NCBI GenBank assembly: GCA_029940535.1
Contig: JAPYUM010000004.1
Location: 20,873 to 84,872, forward strand
Reading direction: 5' to 3'
Length of the DNA: 64,000 bases
Source: Vicinamibacterales bacterium
GTDB taxonomy: Bacteria; Acidobacteriota; Vicinamibacteria; Vicinamibacterales; UBA8438
Positions 9,812 to 21,216 of this stretch are shown piece by piece; within the stretch, counting starts at the first letter, position 1; each line of letters opens with the position of its first letter. The notes under the pieces were generated by a model. It saw nothing but the letters and a program-made list of their open reading frames with translations, had not been told where the DNA came from and ran no database searches. Both the position numbers and the translations under genes were made by a program.

Positions 9812-11188
9812 TTGCTCTCACGAGTCTTCCACACCCTGTCCTTCCACCATCGGCCGCTCGCGCTTCTTCGTCAACACACTGTTGAGATCGTTCGTGCCGC
9901 GCTCGAGGCGGTGTCGCCGGTTCGGCTGATGCGCTTCGCGCTCGAGGAACGGTGGGTGCGGGACGCCGTGACCGATGCGCCGATCGCCGTGATTGCCGCC
10001 GGGAAAGCGTCCGAAGGCATGGTGCGTGGACTCCTGGAGGCGCCCGGCGTGCGAATCGCTCGAGGGGTTGCGGTTGGCCCCGGGGCATCCACGACCGGGC
10101 CTGGGCCGTTCACCTGGTATGCGGCTGGCCACCCCGTGCCGAATGCCGGGAGCATCGCCGCTGGACGGGCGGTCCTGCGGTGCGCGGCGCAGACGGGTCC
10201 GTTGGAACGGCTGTTGGTGCTCCTGTCCGGCGGGGCCTCTGCCCTGATGGCGGCTCCGGTTGCCGGGCTGACGCTGGGGGAGAAAATCGAGGCGACACGG
10301 CTCCTTCTGAGCTCTGGCGTGCCGATCCATGAATTGAACTGCGTGCGAAAACATCTGTCGAACGTGAAGGGTGGCCGCGTGGCGCTGGCCGCCAAGGGTC
10401 CCATACTGACGCTGGCCATCTCTGACGTGGTCTCGCCGCTGGAAGACGACCCGAGCGTTATCGGGTCGGGACCCACCGTGCCTGATCGGACGACCTATGC
10501 CGAGGCGCTGGCAGTCGCCACCGGGCCGACGATTGTCGGTCGGATGCCGGCCGCGGTTGTCGAGGTGCTGGAGCGTGGCTGTGCTGGCATGCTCGACGAG
10601 ACACTGAAGGCGGGCGACGCGCGTGCAGAGGCCACGGACTATCGCGTGATCGGCAACCGCCGCCAGGCGATGGCGGGGGCGCTGACGGCGGCTCGAGGGC
10701 TGGGATACGCGGCCGCGTCACTTGACACGCCGGTCACCGGCGAGGCTCGGGTGACGGGCCCGCGTCACGTCGAGCGGTTGCTCGGTCTGTGTCACAAATT
10801 GCAGCACGAGCACGAGGGGGCCGCCTGTGCCGTATCGTCTGGGGAAACGACCGTGACGTTGACCGGCGGCGGCCGAGGTGGTCGCAATCAAGAAATGGCG
10901 TTGGCGGCCGCATCGCTGTTGAAGGACCATCCCGGCACTGTGTTCGCGAGCGTCGGAACCGACGGTGTGGATGGGCCGACCGACGCCGCCGGGGCAGTGG
11001 TCGACACCACCACGATGGCACGGGCCAGCGGTGTCGGCCTGGCCGCCCCGAGTCGCTATCTTGCGACCAACGACTCGTATCGATTTTTCGACCCGCTGGG
11101 CGACTTGATCAAGACCGGACCCAGTGGCACAAACGTAGGAGACTTGCAGATCGTGCTAACAACCGGGACCGAGGGCCACACGTTGTGA
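9812..11188 (+). CDS. Glycerate 2-kinase (DUF4147/MOFRL family)
   Basis: AAGKAS, AGHPVP, LLSGGASAL, NCVRKHLSNVKGG, GGRGGRNQE, GTDGVDG, TGPSGTNVGD. Confidence 0.93.
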   Translation: MLSRVFHTLSFHHRPLALLRQHTVEIVRAALEAVSPVRLMRFALEERWVRDAVTDAPIAVIAAGKASEGMVRGLLEAPGVRIARGVAVGPGASTTGPGPFTWYAAGHPVPNAGSIAAGRAVLRCAAQTGPLERLLVLLSGGASALMAAPVAGLTLGEKIEATRLLLSSGVPIHELNCVRKHLSNVKGGRVALAAKGPILTLAISDVVSPLEDDPSVIGSGPTVPDRTTYAEALAVATGPTIVGRMPAAVVEVLERGCAGMLDETLKAGDARAEATDYRVIGNRRQAMAGALTAARGLGYAAASLDTPVTGEARVTGPRHVERLLGLCHKLQHEHEGAACAVSSGETTVTLTGGGRGGRNQEMALAAASLLKDHPGTVFASVGTDGVDGPTDAAGAVVDTTTMARASGVGLAAPSRYLATNDSYRFFDPLGDLIKTGPSGTNVGDLQIVLTTGTEGHTL

Positions 11189-13455
11189 GCGGGCACGAGC
11201 GTGGAGCGACGGCGTGGCCGGCCGAGACGGTGCTGGATCGGATTCGCGAGCGCGTGGGTCACCCCGCCACCATGCGGGAGATCGTTCGCGTGCTGGACAT
11301 TTCGCCGGATGAACGGTCTCGGTTTCGTCGTCGGATTCGGCAACTCGTCGAGACAGGCGAGATGATTCGCATCCGGGGCAACCGCTATGGCGTCGCCGAC
11401 CGGATGAATCTCGTGGTGGGTCGCCTGCAGGTCAATCCCCGGGGGTTCGGTTTCGTGACGCCGGAGCATCACGTGGAGCGAACCGGTGAGGATATTTACG
11501 TGGCGGGGGTCAATTTGCATCACGCGTTGCACGGCGACCGGGTGGCGGTGCGCATCGAGCGATCCGACGGCCGCTCGGAGGGGCGTATCGTGCGCGTGCT
11601 CGAGCGTGCCCACCACGATGTCGTGGGCCGGTATGACGTTGACGAGAGTGGCGTAGGTTTCGTCGCGCCGTTCGATCCACGGGTTGTCATGGACGTGCAG
11701 ATTCCGGTCGGCGCGGCCGGCGAGGCTCGTTCTGACCAGATGGTGGTTGCGGAGATCGATCGGTGGCCCACGGGAACCCGCAACCCGGTCGGTCATGTCG
11801 TCGAGGTGCTGGGAGCCGTGGACGATCCGGCGGTCGATACCGAGTTGATCGTCAGGAAGTATCACATTCCCGACCGGCATGACCCGACGGCGGTGGCCGA
11901 GGCGGAACGGTTGGGAGACGTGGTCGCGCGCGCCGATCGGCGCGGCCGAACCGACTTTCGGGAGATGGTCACGGTCACCATTGATGGAGAGACCGCCCGC
12001 GACTTTGACGACGCCATCACCCTCGAGCCATTGCCGGACGGCCATCACTGGTTGGGCGTGCACATCGCCGACGTGGCCCATTATGTGCGGGAAGGCAGCG
12101 CACTCGACCAGTGCGCGTATACGCGCGGCACCTCGGTCTACTTCCCGGAACGGGCACTGCACATGTTTCCGGCTCCGCTGGCGACCGGGCTGTGCAGTCT
12201 GAACCCCGGCGTTGACCGTCTCGTGCAGTCCGTTCTGATGGAGGTCGATCGGCGAGGCGCCGTCGTGCGGTTCGAACTCCACGACGGGGTGATTCGATCC
12301 GACGCACGGATGACCTATACGGCGGTTGACGCGATCCTGACCGAGCGAGACGCCGGGACCCGCAAGACGCACGCGGCACTGGTGCCACTCTTCGAAGCCA
12401 TGGAGACCGTGTATCGGCGATTGCACGCGCGTCGTGTTCGCCGCGGGTCTATTGACTTTGACCTGAAGGCGACTCGTCTGGTGCTCGACGAGGCCGGACT
12501 GGTCGAGGACATCGTGGCCGCTGATCGCAACGTGGCCCATCGCATCATCGAGGAGTTCATGCTCGTGGCGAACGAGACGGTGGCTGGGTATCTGCAAGAC
12601 AGCGGTGCGCCGGCGTTGTTTCGGGTCCACCCGGTTCCGGACCCCATGAAGGTGGCTGAGTTCGACGCGTTTGCGAGCTCGCTGGGGTATGGGCTCGGCG
12701 TACCGGCTGAGCAGGTGCGACCGCGGCACTTCCAGCAGCTTCTGAAGCGTCTCCACGGACAGCCGGAGGAACGGCCGGTGGCGTTGCTGATGCTCCGAAC
12801 GATGCAGAAGGCCCAGTACGACCCGATCAACGTCGGGCACTTCGGGCTGGCCTCAAAGACCTACACGCACTTCACGTCCCCCATTCGTCGATACCCCGAC
12901 CTTGTCGTGCACCGCCTGCTCCGCGAGCGGCGTACACGTGAGCTGTCGCCCCAGCGGCAGGACGAGCTCAGAGATGAGCTGCCGGAGGTGGGACAACACA
13001 CATCGGCGATGGAGCGCCGAGCCGAGGAAGCGGAACGCGAGATCATCCAGTGGAAGAAGGTCCGATTCATGACGGACAAGGTGGGTGACGAATTCACCGG
13101 CTACGTGACCGGCGTGACTGGGTTCGGGCTGTTTGTCGAGTTGATCGAGCATTTCGTAGAAGGTCTGGTTCACATTTCGAGCATGGCCGACGACTACTAC
13201 CGCTTCTTGGACGCCGACCATGCCCTGTTCGGGGAGAACACCGGTAAGACCTACAAACTGGGCGACACGGTGGCGGTGCAGGTCGTTCGGGTCGACACGG
13301 CACGACGTCAGATCGATCTCGGACTGGTGGAGATACTCGAGGCGGTTCGCGAGTCGGAGCGCAATCGAGGGCCGAGCCGGAGTCGGGTCGCCCCGCGGGG
13401 ACAACCGCCCGGGGGCGTGCGACGGGGAACTCGCCGACGCCGCACCCGCCGATAG
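11185..13455 (+). CDS. rnr: Ribonuclease R
   Basis: TIDGETARDFDDA, HIADV, RGTSVYFP, IEEFML.ANE, HFTSPIRRYPDL, C-terminal S1 domain; GTGA overlap with upstream stop. Confidence 0.96.
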   Translation: MSGHERGATAWPAETVLDRIRERVGHPATMREIVRVLDISPDERSRFRRRIRQLVETGEMIRIRGNRYGVADRMNLVVGRLQVNPRGFGFVTPEHHVERTGEDIYVAGVNLHHALHGDRVAVRIERSDGRSEGRIVRVLERAHHDVVGRYDVDESGVGFVAPFDPRVVMDVQIPVGAAGEARSDQMVVAEIDRWPTGTRNPVGHVVEVLGAVDDPAVDTELIVRKYHIPDRHDPTAVAEAERLGDVVARADRRGRTDFREMVTVTIDGETARDFDDAITLEPLPDGHHWLGVHIADVAHYVREGSALDQCAYTRGTSVYFPERALHMFPAPLATGLCSLNPGVDRLVQSVLMEVDRRGAVVRFELHDGVIRSDARMTYTAVDAILTERDAGTRKTHAALVPLFEAMETVYRRLHARRVRRGSIDFDLKATRLVLDEAGLVEDIVAADRNVAHRIIEEFMLVANETVAGYLQDSGAPALFRVHPVPDPMKVAEFDAFASSLGYGLGVPAEQVRPRHFQQLLKRLHGQPEERPVALLMLRTMQKAQYDPINVGHFGLASKTYTHFTSPIRRYPDLVVHRLLRERRTRELSPQRQDELRDELPEVGQHTSAMERRAEEAEREIIQWKKVRFMTDKVGDEFTGYVTGVTGFGLFVELIEHFVEGLVHISSMADDYYRFLDADHALFGENTGKTYKLGDTVAVQVVRVDTARRQIDLGLVEILEAVRESERNRGPSRSRVAPRGQPPGGVRRGTRRRRTRR

Positions 13456-13501
13456 TGCCCATGTTTCACCGCGACGGTAGAGAACTGGCGAGGGACACAG
13501 C

Positions 13502-15472
13502 GTGACACGGTATGTGGTCGTCGGCACCGCGGGTCATATCGATCATGGGAAGAGCGCGCTCGTCAAGGCCTTGACGGGGACGGATCCCGATCGGCTCAAG
13601 GAGGAGAAGTCTCGAGGTATCACCATCGATTTGGGGTTCGCGCATCTTGACGGCGGCGACACACAGCTGGCGTTTGTTGATGTGCCAGGCCATGAGCGGT
13701 TCGTCAAGAACATGCTGGCCGGGGCGAGTGGCGTGGACGGCGTCCTCTTGGTGGTGGCGGCCGACGAGTCGGTCATGCCGCAGACTCGCGAGCATTTCGA
13801 CATCTGTCGACTGCTCGGCGTGTCCGGAGGCGTCATCGCGCTGACCAAGGCGGACCTGGTCGATGCGGAGACGGTCGAACTGGTGAGTATGGAAACCGCG
13901 GAGTTGGTGTCCGGCTCATTTCTCGCCGATGCGCCGGTGGTGCCAGTGTCAGCCAAGACCGGAGCGGGCCTGGCCGACCTGAGGGCGGCGCTCCTCGAGA
14001 TGGCCCGACGAGCCGGTCGACGGCCAACCGACGGACCGGTGCGGTTGCCGATAGACCGTGCGTTTTCCGTCAAGGGATTTGGCACGGTGGTGACGGGCAC
14101 GCTCGTGTCCGGTCGGATGACGGCCGGCACCGCCCTGCGAGTGCTGCCGGCTGGACGAGACATCAAGATCCGTGGGTTGCAGGTCCACGGGGTATCGCAG
14201 TCGGCTGCGGTGGCCGGACAACGCGTGGCGGCGAATCTGTCAGGGGTCGAGGTGGCGGAGATCGCGCGTGGCGATACCGCCGTCACGCCGGGGCGTTTCG
14301 ATGCCACCAGGCGTCTGGATGCGCTACTCGATCTGCTTCCGGCCGCGCGTCGCCTGCGGCATGGGGCGCGGGTGCGCTTTCATCAGGGAACCAGTGAAGT
14401 GCTGGGTCGTGTCGCGATCGGGCCCCTGGTCGATCGTTCCGGCGCGTCCGCCGAGCCGGGCGACGACGACGAGCATGAGGACGCGCCCGGAGCGCTGCAA
14501 CCCGGGGGCCGTGCCTTCGTGCGGTTGCGACTCGAGTCACCGGCGGTGTTGACCCGCGGCGACCGGTTCATTCTCCGCGCGTACTCGCCCCCGCTCACCA
14601 TTGCCGGCGGGCTCGTGATTGACCCGCAGCCGCCGCGCGGGGGGATGCGCACCGCGGCGGGGCGCCGACGTCTCGAACGATTGCGCGTCGGTCTGGGAGC
14701 GGAGGAGGCCGGCGAGGACGAAGCGGTCACCTTGCTGGTCGGTGAGCGCGGTATCGCCGGCATTCCCGTGGCGGAGCTACTCACCCGAGCTGGTCTGCGT
14801 ACGGACACCGCGGATGGGCTGATCGACCAGCTCGAGTCGGCCGGCACGATTCGACGAATCGCCGGTCTCGTGGTCGATACCGCCGCGTTGTCGGCGGTCG
14901 CCGAGCGTCTCGTGGCGCTGGTGACCGCGTACCACGCGGAACAGCCGTTGAGTGAGGGCGCCCCCCGCGAGGAGGTGCGCGAGCGGCTGTTTCGCCAGGC
15001 GGACCCTGCGGTGTTCGACGCCGTCATCAAGGACCTGGTGCAGGCCGGGCGTGTGGTGGCACGCGATCGGTTGGCGCTGGCGAGCCACCAGGTGACGTTG
15101 TCACCGGAAGAGGCACGGATCAGCGAGGCGGTGCAGGTCTTGCTGGCGGATGCGGGGTTGTCACCTCCAGCGGTCGCGCTCGTGCCTGGCCAACTCGGGT
15201 GCGATCCAGATCCGCTCGACCGGGTCTTGCGTTGGCTGGTGCGTGAGGCCACCGTGGTCAGGGTGGGGGCGTTAGTGTTCGATGCCTTGGCGCTCGACGG
15301 CCTGAAACAGGATATCCGACAGATGGAGACGGTCGAGCAGCCGGCGCGTATCGACGTCGGCACGTTCAAGGAACGTTACGGGGTCAGCCGAAAGTTTGCG
15401 ATCCCACTGCTCGAGTATTTGGACCGGGAGCGCGTGACGAGGCGCATGGGGCAATACCGGATCGTGCTATGA
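13502..15472 (+). CDS. selB: Selenocysteine-specific elongation factor SelB
   Basis: [36 protein letters not shown]; C-terminal winged-helix [13 protein letters not shown]. Confidence 0.95.
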   Translation: MTRYVVVGTAGHIDHGKSALVKALTGTDPDRLKEEKSRGITIDLGFAHLDGGDTQLAFVDVPGHERFVKNMLAGASGVDGVLLVVAADESVMPQTREHFDICRLLGVSGGVIALTKADLVDAETVELVSMETAELVSGSFLADAPVVPVSAKTGAGLADLRAALLEMARRAGRRPTDGPVRLPIDRAFSVKGFGTVVTGTLVSGRMTAGTALRVLPAGRDIKIRGLQVHGVSQSAAVAGQRVAANLSGVEVAEIARGDTAVTPGRFDATRRLDALLDLLPAARRLRHGARVRFHQGTSEVLGRVAIGPLVDRSGASAEPGDDDEHEDAPGALQPGGRAFVRLRLESPAVLTRGDRFILRAYSPPLTIAGGLVIDPQPPRGGMRTAAGRRRLERLRVGLGAEEAGEDEAVTLLVGERGIAGIPVAELLTRAGLRTDTADGLIDQLESAGTIRRIAGLVVDTAALSAVAERLVALVTAYHAEQPLSEGAPREEVRERLFRQADPAVFDAVIKDLVQAGRVVARDRLALASHQVTLSPEEARISEAVQVLLADAGLSPPAVALVPGQLGCDPDPLDRVLRWLVREATVVRVGALVFDALALDGLKQDIRQMETVEQPARIDVGTFKERYGVSRKFAIPLLEYLDRERVTRRMGQYRIVL

Positions 15473-15613
15473 GGCGACTTCGCCGTCGCCAGGTGCCTCC
15501 GTCTTTGCCAACGATGGTGTCTGTCGGTAGACTAAAATAACCACCGGGGCGTGTGTGATCCGAGGCGATCGGCGAATACTCGATGGCGGCGCGCCGGTGA
15601 TGCGAGGGTAGGT

Positions 15614-16072
15614 ATGAGCGACGAAGAGCGACAGAGTTTTACGGTTGGGGTCTTCCAGGATACAGAGTGGGCGGAACGCGGACTGGAGGCGCTGGCGAAG
15701 GAGGGGTTCCCGTCTGAGTCCCTGTCGATGATCAGCAAAGAATCGCCTGAGGCCTCGGCGCTGTTCCAGCGCACATTCGCGGTCGACGGCACGGCGTTGG
15801 ACATCGTCCGGATCGGCCCGGTCGTGGCTCACGGACCACTTCTGGGCACACTGCAGGGGCGTTCGCGTGATCTGGACACGTCCGGTGTCTCGGCGACGAT
15901 GCGTCGCGCTGGTTTTCAAACGCATGACGGGTTTATTTTCGAAACCCTGACCGCGCGTGGCGGCGTGCTGGTTGCCGTGCACAGCGAACCGCGCGCGGCC
16001 GACGCACTGGCCGTGATGTTTGCGTATGGTGGCGGCAATGCGGCTATAGGGGCGTGGGCAGGACGAGTCTAA
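15614..16072 (+). CDS. Hypothetical protein (general-stress-protein-like fold possible)
   Basis: TVGVFQD..WAERGLEALAKEGF, RGGVLVAVH; GAGG RBS upstream. Confidence 0.65.
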   Translation: MSDEERQSFTVGVFQDTEWAERGLEALAKEGFPSESLSMISKESPEASALFQRTFAVDGTALDIVRIGPVVAHGPLLGTLQGRSRDLDTSGVSATMRRAGFQTHDGFIFETLTARGGVLVAVHSEPRAADALAVMFAYGGGNAAIGAWAGRV

Positions 16073-16347
16073 ACGGCTCCCTCTGACGTCTGACTACGTG
16101 GTGCGGCCTGAACCAGTGGTGGAGGGCGGGTGACTTCGACACGGAAGACGGGCATCGGTGTAGCCCAGGGAGGTCAGTCAGGACCACCGGGGCTGTAGCT
16201 AGGTTCGTGCACAAAGTCCGCAATCTGTTGATACAGTGTTAGTTCGGGGTCAGGGTGCCCCAAACGCCCGGCCGGGCACCCCGATTGCAGCGTGTGTGTT
16301 CGACAGTCGGTGACGAGAACGCAGTAATTAGGAAGGGAGCGCGTCGC

Positions 16348-17367
16348 GTGAACGGCCTGGACCTCGGACCCGTACGGTTTGCTCCCGGGGCGTCGTACAC
16401 GCCGCCCGCGCGTCGGGGGCGCAAGCGGCGCGGGGCTGGGGCGTTGCGGGCTGCGATGCAGGTCGCCACCACCGATGTTGCGGCCGGGGCCTGGCTCTCG
16501 ATCCATCCAGACGGCGGGGCGTCGTATACGCCACTGCTCTCCGTCCAGCCCGAGCGTGTGCGCGGTGCGCTCGGCGCGTCTCTCGCGAGTCATGCCGTGC
16601 TTGTGCTCTTTTTCTTCTTGGCGCTGCGCGCGGCACCGCCTGAGGAGATTATTGTCGCGATCGAGCGGGTCCCCTACGACAGCATTGTCTGGATTTCCCA
16701 AGAAGGTCCTGGCGGGGGCGGTGGGGGCGGCGGCAACGAGTCGTTGGAGATGCCGCGCGAGGTCGAAGTTGAGGGGGCGGATGACATCAACATTCCGATC
16801 GAAGAGCCGGAGGAGTTTGTCGCGCCACCGGAAATCGCTCCTGAGCCAGAGGAGATTCCGCTCGAAGCGCAGAACACCATTCGACTCTCTGCCGTCCCGA
16901 TGGCCGCCGCCCCAAGGACGCGGACCGGGGTGCTGCAGGGGTTGATGGCCCGGTCTCTCGATTCGGCTGGCAGCGGGACGGGTGGCGGCGCGGGAGAGGG
17001 CGCTGGCGGCGGGATCGGTCCGGGACAGGGCGACGGGCTTGGTCCTGGGACGGGTGGAGGATCGGGCGGAGGCCCTTACCGCCCCGGCAACGGGGTTGAG
17101 ACCCCACAACCGCTGAATCAGGTGCGACCGAATTACACCTCGGAGGCGATGCGGGCGAAAATCCAGGGCGAGGTCGTCATCGAGGCAGTCGTCTTGCCGG
17201 ACGGCACCGTGGGCGATGTCAAGGTCGTGCGTTCACTAGACACCAACTTTGGCCTGGACCAAGAGGCTCTGAAGGCCGCGCGTCAATGGCGGTTCAGGCC
17301 GGGCACCAGGTTCGGTGAACCCGTGGCCGTGCTCGTGACCATTGCGTTGACCTTTACCTTGCGGTGA
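16348..17367 (+). CDS. Energy transducer TonB family protein (start uncertain: 16255, 16348 or 16456)
   Basis: TM helix with SLASH motif, Pro/Glu- and Gly-rich linker, TonB C-domain (PNYTSEAMRAKIQGEV...DGTV...QWRFRPG). Confidence 0.88.
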   Translation: MNGLDLGPVRFAPGASYTPPARRGRKRRGAGALRAAMQVATTDVAAGAWLSIHPDGGASYTPLLSVQPERVRGALGASLASHAVLVLFFFLALRAAPPEEIIVAIERVPYDSIVWISQEGPGGGGGGGGNESLEMPREVEVEGADDINIPIEEPEEFVAPPEIAPEPEEIPLEAQNTIRLSAVPMAAAPRTRTGVLQGLMARSLDSAGSGTGGGAGEGAGGGIGPGQGDGLGPGTGGGSGGGPYRPGNGVETPQPLNQVRPNYTSEAMRAKIQGEVVIEAVVLPDGTVGDVKVVRSLDTNFGLDQEALKAARQWRFRPGTRFGEPVAVLVTIALTFTLR

Positions 17368-17415
17368 CGTACCGCGGCTGACAGGCGAGCACACGCCACT
17401 CAACACGGAAGCGGT

Positions 17416-17455
17416 AAAAAAACGTGGGGGGTGCCCCGGTGGTGCCCGCCCCTCT
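17416..17455 (-). terminator. Probable intrinsic terminator of groESL
   Basis: On the minus strand an imperfect GC hairpin is followed by T7, downstream of the groL stop. Confidence 0.5.
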
Positions 17456-17485
17456 TGTCGTCCGACGAGCCGGCGGCACGCCTGT

Positions 17486-19153
<1,668 letters not shown>

Positions 19154-19228
19154 TTATGAAAGGGTTATCCGCCGCGACTTCACTCCAGCGCTGGGTCTCG
19201 TCTCGGCTGAAACAGGTCCTGGTGCTTG

Positions 19229-19525
19229 TTACTGGATGACGCCCAATACCTCGTCCTCGCGCATGATCAAATACTCCTCGCCGTCGAGCTTGATCTCCTG
19301 GCCCGAGTACTTCCCGAAGAGGATGGTGTCGCCTTCCTTGACGTCCATCGGCGCGAGGCCGCCATCGTCCTTGACCTTGCCCTTGCCCGCCGCCATGACC
19401 TTGCCCTGCTGGGGCTTTTCCTTGGCCGTGTCCGGGATGATGATCGAGCCGACGTGCTCGTCTCCTTCTTCATCCAGACGCAGGACGATGATTCGGTCGT
19501 GCAGCGGTCGTACTTTGATTGCCAT
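19229..19525 (-). CDS. groS: Co-chaperonin GroES
   Basis: [40 protein letters not shown]. Confidence 0.97.
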   Translation of the reverse strand: MAIKVRPLHDRIIVLRLDEEGDEHVGSIIIPDTAKEKPQQGKVMAAGKGKVKDDGGLAPMDVKEGDTILFGKYSGQEIKLDGEEYLIMREDEVLGVIQ

Positions 19526-19593
19526 GGTGTGTCCGACTCCCTTGAGTTGTTGATGAAAGGCCCCTCGAGCAAGGGGCGTGACCAGAGTTTGCA

Positions 19594-19620
19594 TTAGCAC
19601 TCTCTGCAGTCGAGTGCTAA
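19594..19620. promoter_or_regulatory. CIRCE element (HrcA operator) of groESL
   Basis: Perfect TTAGCACTC-N9-GAGTGCTAA, just downstream of a minus-strand TTGACA(19644-19649)-N18-TAGAAT promoter. Confidence 0.97.
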
Positions 19621-19677
19621 TTCTATCGAGCGGGCGCGAAAACTGTCAACTCGCGCGGTCGGCCCGGGACGGTGCCG

Positions 19678-19887
19678 TCAGCCGGTGCGCTTGAGACGGT
19701 ACTCGGTCACCTTCCGGCTGAGGGTATTGCGGTGCAGTCCGATCATCTTCGCGGCGCGGCCGACCTTGCCCTCTGAGCGGGCCAGGGCGCGGCTGATGAA
19801 CCGGCGTTCGAACTCTTGGCGCGCATCGTCGTACCGGATGCCCTTCGCCACCATCTCGTCCACCAATCGGTTCAGCTCGTCGCGCAC
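19678..19887 (-). CDS. Small Fis-type HTH protein
   Basis: FERRFISRALARSEGKVGRAAKMIGLHRNTLSRK. Confidence 0.85.
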   Translation of the reverse strand: MRDELNRLVDEMVAKGIRYDDARQEFERRFISRALARSEGKVGRAAKMIGLHRNTLSRKVTEYRLKRTG

Positions 19888-19916
19888 TGTGGATCCCCCG
19901 TCACACCTGGGCTCGT

Positions 19917-20852
19917 CTACTGCAACTCCTGGCCTGTCAGGAGACGGTATGCCTCGAGATACTTCTCGCGGGTCTTGGCGATGACGGCATCCGGGAGCAC
20001 GGGCGCCGGCGGTTGCCGGTTCCACTGCACCGCATCCAAGTGATCGCGAACGAACTGTTTGTCGAAACTGGGTTGGGCCTGGTCGGGTCGATAGGTGTCC
20101 TTCGGCCAGAAGCGCGACGAGTCCGACGTGAGTGTTTCGTCGATCAGGATGAGCTCATCGCCGTCTTCAAGGTCGGCCGCGTCCTCGTGACCGGCCGCAC
20201 GTATGAGGCCAAATTCGAACTTGGTGTCGGCCACGATGATGCCGCACGATTCCGCGTGCGCCGCGCCATGCGCGTAGAGCGCGAGCGTCAGTTCCCGAAG
20301 CCGCGCCATCAGTTTCGGGCCGACCAGTTCGGCGGCCTCGGCCGCGCTGATGTTCTCGTCGTGACCGCTGGTCGCCTTGGTGGCTGGCGTGAAGATCGGT
20401 GCCGGCAATCGATCCGACTGTCGCAAGCCGTTCGGGAGCGCGACTCCGCACACCGACCGGGAACGCTGGTAATCCACCCAGCCAGAGCCGGCCAGGTACC
20501 CACGAGCGACACACTCGACGGGAATCGGCTCGGTGCGGCGCACCAGCATGGAGCGCCCACGGAGGACATCGCCGTGTGGCAGACACGCGCCCGGGTAATC
20601 CTCGGGCGTCGTGGACACCAGATGGTTCGGCACGATGTCTCCCGTGCGCGCAAACCAGAACGCCGACAGCTGGGTCAGGACCTTGCCCTTGTCCGGGATC
20701 ATCGACCCCAACACCACGTCGTAGGCGGAGATCCTGTCGGTGGCCACCATAAGGAGGTGGTCGTCGACGGTGTACATGTCGCGTACTTTGCCGCGTCGGT
20801 GAAGGGTAAGACCGTGGAGGGCCGTTTCGAATAAGGGAACTGCAGACGTCAC
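19917..20852 (-). CDS. purC: SAICAR synthase
   Basis: GKVRDMY, TDRISAYD, ECVARGYLAGSG, ADTKFEFG, DSSRFW, FDKQFVRD. Confidence 0.97.
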   Translation of the reverse strand: MTSAVPLFETALHGLTLHRRGKVRDMYTVDDHLLMVATDRISAYDVVLGSMIPDKGKVLTQLSAFWFARTGDIVPNHLVSTTPEDYPGACLPHGDVLRGRSMLVRRTEPIPVECVARGYLAGSGWVDYQRSRSVCGVALPNGLRQSDRLPAPIFTPATKATSGHDENISAAEAAELVGPKLMARLRELTLALYAHGAAHAESCGIIVADTKFEFGLIRAAGHEDAADLEDGDELILIDETLTSDSSRFWPKDTYRPDQAQPSFDKQFVRDHLDAVQWNRQPPAPVLPDAVIAKTREKYLEAYRLLTGQELQ

Positions 20853-20858
20853 GGAGAG

Positions 20859-21004
20859 CCTCTCACGGTCGACGGGAGCGCCTGGCAGCCTGGGACGACA
20901 CCCGGTGCTGCACCAGGGCTGGCTGTATTCGACCGAGAAGCAACGCCGTCAGCCGGGATGAAGCGCTCGTCGAATGTGGCGGGGTTGTCACAACGGGCTG
21001 CTAG
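20859..21004 (-). repeat. Structured CTAG-ended repeat, copy D (degenerate)
   Basis: Minus strand begins CTAGCAGCCCGTTGTGA (compare copy C TIR), carries the core CGGCGTTGCTTCTCGGTCG and an outer stem TCGACG-AGCGC/GCGCT-CGTCGA. Confidence 0.55.
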
Positions 21005-21216
21005 CTTACAGAACACTCGCTCAGGCGGCAAGAGCGAATGTGCTCGGAGTGCACCATGACGTCGTTGTAGTACAGTCGTCGGAGCTTGAACAATCGCATC
21101 CCTGAGCCGGCGGTCTTCCACCGACAGGGCGGGCGTCCTGTCCCGTTCCGGAGCTGGTCGCAAGAGACGAGTGCCGATGGTGGCTGAGTGCCCCCTGCGC
21201 GCCATCGGCGTATCGC

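Noticed and set aside
11056-12840. Long antisense ORFs (for example 11056-12840, 32285-33655, 36926-38221, 52149-54008)
   Set aside because: Shadow frames opposite well-supported genes, expected at high GC, with no recognisable motifs.
16143-16215. GGAAGA...GGGC-ATCGGTG-TAGCCC...AGGTTCG near selB, superficially like tRNA-Sec or SRP RNA
   Set aside because: No UCA anticodon loop, no matching 3' acceptor strand or CCA, and no SRP GGAAGG/AGCAG motif.
20853-21216. ZTP or purine riboswitch, or 6S RNA, upstream of purC
   Set aside because: The consensus motifs are not recognisable, and the first ~150 bp are better explained as a copy of the repeat family.
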